From: a virus
Lineage: Duplodnaviria > Caudoviricetes
Direction: 5' to 3' (one strand)
DNA: 29,736 nucleotides
IMG/VR virus record: IMGVR_UViG_3300017913_000425
Location: 1 to 29,736 of that record
Made by a program: the position numbers and the translations under genes. This document shows, one piece after another, positions 25,754-29,736 of this stretch. The stretch's first letter is position 1. Each line of letters opens with the position of its first letter. Under the pieces are notes generated by a model that was not told the DNA's origin, searched no databases, and was given only the letters and a program-made list of their open reading frames with translations.

Positions 25754-26295
25754 TAGGACTTGGTTTCACAGGAGGTATGGACAGCACAATGTTGCTGTAC
25801 GAACTCTTGCAAGAGACCGAAGAACAAATAGTATGTGTTACTAATGATATCAGATCACGTAATACTGTAGCTGATAAAAACTCTGCGAAAGTACTAGCAT
25901 ACTTTCAATGTGATCGCATCACTCATTATACAGATAGTACTTACGGGGTAGATCATTTTGAAACTTATATTCGTGCTATGTTTAAGTTTAAGTTAACAGA
26001 CTTTTACTTTGGTACGAGTAAGATAATTGATCATGTACTCAATGATACTCGACATACTATGCTGAATGGTCATGATCGTGTAGACTTTCGTGGTCAAGTT
26101 ATTAACGGTGTAAAGATACATCAACCATACTTTGATTTATATAGGACTGATATCATAGACAAGTATATTAAATATGACATGATAGATATAATGAACATGA
26201 CAAACTCATGTGACAAGTTGATTGAGAAACCATGCGGCGAATGCCAAGCATGTAGAGATAGGGAATGGTCGATAAATGTTAAAGAAAATTGCTGA
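25750..26295 (+). CDS. QueC-like PP-loop ATPase
   Basis: GFTGGMDST PP-loop variant and C-terminal SC.......CGECQAC..R zinc site. Confidence 0.7.
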   Translation: MIGLGFTGGMDSTMLLYELLQETEEQIVCVTNDIRSRNTVADKNSAKVLAYFQCDRITHYTDSTYGVDHFETYIRAMFKFKLTDFYFGTSKIIDHVLNDTRHTMLNGHDRVDFRGQVINGVKIHQPYFDLYRTDIIDKYIKYDMIDIMNMTNSCDKLIEKPCGECQACRDREWSINVKENC

Positions 26296-26527
26296 ACACT
26301 TCGGTGGTCCTGAATATCCAGGTCGTAGAGCAGAGATATTTCATGACACAGATAGAGATTGCTTTACTGTAAAATATTATCAAAAGAAAACTTACGAAGA
26401 ACTCGTAGATGAACGTGATATGATTACTGATGGAACTGCACATAGTATGCGTTATGCCGAAGATGCAGCAGAGAACTTTTGTCTTGGTTATATGACAGTT
26501 GGTGATGGAGAGAAAAGAGATGGATAA
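26276..26527 (+). CDS. hypothetical protein
   Basis: Overlapping coupling with neighbours; HS..YAEDAAENF..G motif. Confidence 0.75.
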   Translation: MLKKIAEHFGGPEYPGRRAEIFHDTDRDCFTVKYYQKKTYEELVDERDMITDGTAHSMRYAEDAAENFCLGYMTVGDGEKRDG

Positions 26528-26663
26528 AGTATTGAGAAGACTTGGACTAAAGGATGACTATGGTTACTGCGATACAAGTATTGTAGGCTTTATTGTGCTT
26601 TGGTCAGTATTTGGCTATGGTGCATTTATTGTTGTAACAGAAATTTGGAATAAATTCTCATGA
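26520..26663 (+). CDS. small single-pass membrane protein, 47 aa (not in ORF track)
   Basis: GGAG SD, MDKVLRRLG...IVGFIVLWSVFGYGAFIVV..., ATGA overlap with thyX. Confidence 0.6.
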   Translation: MDKVLRRLGLKDDYGYCDTSIVGFIVLWSVFGYGAFIVVTEIWNKFS

Positions 26664-27328
26664 ACGTACGGTTAATTTCATATTCACAAACAGCGGAGAA
26701 CCTACATGTCGGTAAAGATATCCAAGAACTCATTGCGTATTGCGCCCGTGTCTCGAACCCCTCGAACCAAAATAACGAAGAAACGTCCGAACGTCTATTA
26801 TCCTATCTCGCAAAGCACAAGCACTGGTCGCCTTTCGAGATGGTGTCTGCTTGCTTAGAGATCGAGACTACACGAGATATCGCACGTCAGATCTTACGTC
26901 ATAGGTCATTCTCATTTCAAGAGTTCAGTCAACGATATGCTAATCCTCTTGAAGACTTAAAGATGACTCCAACTAGCGAGATCAGAGCTCAAGACCCAAA
27001 GAATCGTCAAAACTCTGTAGATCGAGAAGACGTAGATATTCAGATGGATTGGATCAAACATCAGTGCGAGGTAATCAATGCTGCAAAGAAAGCATATGAG
27101 TTTGCCATTGATAATGGTATTGCAAAAGAACTGGCCCGTAAAGTATTACCAGAAGGTTTGACAGAATCAAGGATGTATATGAATGGCACACTTCGTTCAT
27201 GGATTCATTTCATCGAGTTGAGATCTGGTAACGGTACTCAGAAAGAATGTCAAGAAGTTGCGCTTGCTTGTGCTAAAGCAATCGCTGAGATCTTCCCACT
27301 TACAGATAAATTTATCGAAAAAAATTAA
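26660..27328 (+). CDS. thyX: flavin-dependent thymidylate synthase ThyX
   Basis: HWSPFE, RHRSFSFQEFSQRY (RHRx7S signature), ARKVLP, N..LRSW.HF..LR. Confidence 0.97.
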   Translation: MNVRLISYSQTAENLHVGKDIQELIAYCARVSNPSNQNNEETSERLLSYLAKHKHWSPFEMVSACLEIETTRDIARQILRHRSFSFQEFSQRYANPLEDLKMTPTSEIRAQDPKNRQNSVDREDVDIQMDWIKHQCEVINAAKKAYEFAIDNGIAKELARKVLPEGLTESRMYMNGTLRSWIHFIELRSGNGTQKECQEVALACAKAIAEIFPLTDKFIEKN

Positions 27329-27347
27329 AATAAAGCGAAAAAAACTG

Positions 27348-27376
27348 TTTACATTCCTCCCATTATAGGGTATAAT
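27348..27376 (+). promoter_or_regulatory. sigma70-type early promoter with A-rich UP element
   Basis: A tracts, then TTTACA-N17-TATAAT, then GAGGAG SD. Confidence 0.85.
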
Positions 27377-27405
27377 AGACCTATAATCAATGAGGAGTTT
27401 ATATT

Positions 27406-27633
27406 ATGATTTCAAATTCAAAGTTTCGTTCAATCGTAAAGTCAATGCCTGTTGAAAAGCAGTGGGAAACTATCGATCGTGAACTTCGCATTCTTCCAGA
27501 GTTCATCATGGAAGAAGTTGCTCGTGTCCCTGTGTTACCTAACACAGACAAAGTAATCAAGAAGCTTGAGTCTCGGTTAAAGTGTGCTCGTTTAATGAAA
27601 TCATCATTGCTTGCAAATGGTCGAGTTGTATAA
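27406..27633 (+). CDS. hypothetical early protein
   Basis: Promoter and GAGGAG SD upstream; TAATG coupling to next gene. Confidence 0.75.
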   Translation: MISNSKFRSIVKSMPVEKQWETIDRELRILPEFIMEEVARVPVLPNTDKVIKKLESRLKCARLMKSSLLANGRVV

Positions 27634-28178
27634 TGCTTAAGTACCTTGCACCTCTATTCGCTGTAGCATTTATCGGTGGCTTTGTCACTGGTAAATCTGC
27701 ATTCGGAGCTACAACAGCAGAAGCTGGCATGTTTCATTCATCTGAAACAGAGCAAAAGTGTCTTGCTGATAACATTTATTTTGAAGCTCGTAATCAACCT
27801 GCGAAAGGAATGATCGGTGTCGCTCTTGTCACTCGTAATCGCGTTAATGATAGTCGTTTTCCTCATTCATACTGTGAGGTTGTACAACAAGGACCTACAC
27901 GTTCATCGTGGAAAGATATTGACATTGAAGTCCCTATTCGTCATCGGTGTCAATTCAGTTGGTATTGTGATGGGAAGTCTGACGATATTCCTTATTATGA
28001 TGTTGACGTTTATCAATTTGCTCGGACCATCGCTTTTAAGGTCTATTATGGACATCTTGATGATTTTACCGATGGTGCAACACATTATCATGCAACCTAC
28101 GTAAGTCCTGAATGGGCTTCTTCGAAGACCTTAACTTTGATCGTCGATGATCATATCTTTTATAGATGGGAAAAATAA
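27633..28178 (+). CDS. cell wall hydrolase, SleB / Hydrolase_2 family, with N-terminal signal or anchor
   Basis: CLA.NIYFEAR.Q, V..V..NRV...FP..C.VV.Q, CQFSWYCDG, GATHYHA.YV.P.W, HIFYR. Confidence 0.92.
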   Translation: MLKYLAPLFAVAFIGGFVTGKSAFGATTAEAGMFHSSETEQKCLADNIYFEARNQPAKGMIGVALVTRNRVNDSRFPHSYCEVVQQGPTRSSWKDIDIEVPIRHRCQFSWYCDGKSDDIPYYDVDVYQFARTIAFKVYYGHLDDFTDGATHYHATYVSPEWASSKTLTLIVDDHIFYRWEK

Positions 28179-28645
28179 TGGAAAAACAACTTGAAATCGA
28201 TTTCACTTATCCAGATCAAACAACTAAAGATGCAATGAGTAGTGCTACTACTTTTACCATCAATATGGATGACTTAAGTACTACCGAATATTGGAATGAT
28301 TGGAATGGTTATAATCAGAACTATGATTTCGGTGAATTTACAATTGATATTGGTCGACCTGATTATAAGTTTAATGAAGGTTTATTGATCGAAGAGTTCA
28401 AAGAATATATCAACTCTACATACACGAGTCATTACGCAAAAGAAAAGTTCCAAGCCACCGAGTTTATCATTGACGGTGGACATGGAACTGGATTTTGTAT
28501 CGGTAATGTGTTAAAGTATGCTCAACGATATGGTAAAAAAGGTAATGCTACCGATGCTCGTAAAGACCTAATGAAGGTTCTTCATTATGCTTTGATACAA
28601 CTATACATTCATGATTCAGAGCATTTGATAGAAAGCAAATGCTAG
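28166..28645 (+). CDS. DUF3310 (SaV / T7 gp1.7-like) domain protein
   Basis: HY......, GFCIGNVLKY..RYGKK, DL.K..HY. Confidence 0.75.
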   Translation: MGKIMEKQLEIDFTYPDQTTKDAMSSATTFTINMDDLSTTEYWNDWNGYNQNYDFGEFTIDIGRPDYKFNEGLLIEEFKEYINSTYTSHYAKEKFQATEFIIDGGHGTGFCIGNVLKYAQRYGKKGNATDARKDLMKVLHYALIQLYIHDSEHLIESKC

Positions 28646-29095
28646 TAGTCCAATCATACCTGAGATTACAGTAGCAGCGATAGCGAATTGTTTTAATGAT
28701 TCTTCAAACTCTTTTTGTTTTCGAATCTTTTCTCGTTTTATCTCTGCTATACGCTCTTTCTCTTCTCTGATTCTCTTGGCTCTCTCATCTACGATGGTTT
28801 GCCAAGTACCTGGGCCAAAACGCATATCGATCATGTTACGCATTTCTTGCATCTTTTCTTGTGCTAGTTTAGCGTCAATTACTTCTTGAGCAACGTTCTT
28901 AATGCCAAACTGGTCACCAATAGTTTGACCAGCTTTACGCGAACGAGCTTTTTGAACCTGTTCTTCACCGACGAACAGGTTCTCGATTTGGCCAGTAATG
29001 TCACGTATATCGTTGACTGTGTTGATATTACTTTTGATAAAGTCAACCGATTGTTTGACGAGGGCGATCCCCGTCAGAACTTCTGCGACAACCAT
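28616..29095 (-). CDS. hypothetical coiled-coil protein with C-terminal transmembrane helix
   Basis: AGAGGA SD on minus strand, 159 aa ORF in a region with no long + strand ORF. Confidence 0.8.
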   Translation of the reverse strand: MVVAEVLTGIALVKQSVDFIKSNINTVNDIRDITGQIENLFVGEEQVQKARSRKAGQTIGDQFGIKNVAQEVIDAKLAQEKMQEMRNMIDMRFGPGTWQTIVDERAKRIREEKERIAEIKREKIRKQKEFEESLKQFAIAATVISGMIGLLAFAFYQML

Positions 29096-29166
29096 TTTGA
29101 TCTATCCTCTGTGAAGGGTTAGAATAGATGTATGTCAATGAAATAATACTATAGCTCACTCTATCT

Positions 29167-29174
29167 TATTTATA
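29167..29174 (-). promoter_or_regulatory. T4-type late promoter for the minus-strand gene
   Basis: TATTTATA on + reads TATAAATA on minus, ~70 nt upstream of the start at 29095. Confidence 0.6.
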
Positions 29175-29190
29175 TAAAAAGTGATATATA

Positions 29191-29490
29191 GTACTGAAGA
29201 TGTTGAAGATAGGCTGGACCCGGGGGCGGTACCCGGCGCCTCCACCATAAACACATGATAAGAAAAATATTAAAAATAATATATGCTTTGATAGTCATTT
29301 CAATTATTTTAATTGTTATACTATTTGAATATTTTCGTGGAGATTATCGTGTTTTTATGATGGGGGCGAAATAGGATCGACAGATATTGAGTCTTCAAAA
29401 AAGTAACTGCAAACGATAACTTTGCACCTTTGGCTGCCGCAGCGTAGTCATTGGGCCCGCCGGAGCCTCGAAACAGAATCCGGCACCTTC
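29191..29490 (+). ncRNA. ssrA: circularly permuted two-piece tmRNA (alphaproteobacterial type); outer boundaries approximate
   Basis: Acceptor piece ends GGACCCGGGGGCGGTACCCGGCGCCTCCACCA (CCA at 29245-29247); coding piece starts GGGGGCGAAATAGGATCGAC at 29362; GGGGGCG/CGCCTCC stem with G3-U wobble; tag ANDNFAPLAAAA-stop at 29409-29447. Confidence 0.93.
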
Positions 29491-29524
29491 CTTAAAAAAA
29501 ATTCATTTTAATGCGTTTTTACTG

Positions 29525-29553
29525 TTTACAATGCTCCCATTTTATGGTATAAT
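29525..29553 (+). promoter_or_regulatory. sigma70-type early promoter with A/T-rich UP element
   Basis: TTTACA-N17-TATAAT followed by TAAGGAG SD. Confidence 0.85.
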
Positions 29554-29583
29554 ATTCCTATAAAATGAATTAAGGAGCTAATC

Positions 29584-29736
29584 ATGAGATTCACCGTTTG
29601 TCAAATTCGTAAAGACCTTAAAAATGACCCACGTGCTTTCGAAGCAATGGTTACTGGCGATGTTGATCCAGTATTCTTTTTGTCAGCATACGAAGAAGTT
29701 TGTGCTATTGAAGCAAAAGATCTTGATGAAGTATTC
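29584..29736 (+). CDS. hypothetical early protein (truncated at window end)
   Basis: TAAGGAG SD, ATG 29584, frame open to the end (MRFTVCQIRKDLKNDPRAFEAM...). Confidence 0.7.
   Translation, partial: MRFTVCQIRKDLKNDPRAFEAMVTGDVDPVFFLSAYEEVCAIEAKDLDEVF

Noticed and set aside
25750-26295. A complete 7-deazaguanine DNA modification system
   Set aside because: Only a QueC-like gene is visible; the other required genes are absent from this window.
29205-29247. tRNA-like 3' end with CCA
   Set aside because: No D arm or anticodon arm upstream; it pairs with GGGGGCG at 29362 and is the tmRNA acceptor piece.

Overview
A ~30 kb segment of a T4-like (Tevenvirinae-related, marine-type) myophage genome, almost all on the + strand. 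It carries the core replication/recombination/late-transcription block in the usual marine T4-like order: uvsY, uvsW, gp55, gp47, gp46, gp45, gp44, gp62, regA, hsp20, gp43, uvsX, gp41. Between gp43 and uvsX, where T4 keeps gp42 and beta-glucosyltransferase, lies a ~7.4 kb island: a T4 gp42-type dCMP hydroxymethylase, dCMP deaminase, two all-alpha NTP pyrophosphatase-like proteins, a PrimPol-like protein, a UDG-fold protein, two paralogous aGPT-PPlase-like (5hmU-DNA-kinase-helical / amino acid:DNA transferase-like) proteins, a fold-type II PLP enzyme and an SGNH-fold protein. No glycosyltransferase is recognisable, and a separate ThyX is present. I infer a candidate non-glycosyl cytosine hypermodification pathway; three of its proteins carry sliding-clamp-binding-like motifs. 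Other notable elements are a circularly permuted two-piece tmRNA of alphaproteobacterial type (tag ANDNFAPLAAAA), a ROSE-like RNA thermometer upstream of hsp20, a metallothionein-like micro-ORF, a QueC-like gene, and eleven TTTACA-N17-TATAAT-type promoters (one antisense, three apparently giving leaderless mRNAs). All family assignments come from motif recognition by eye; no searches were run.
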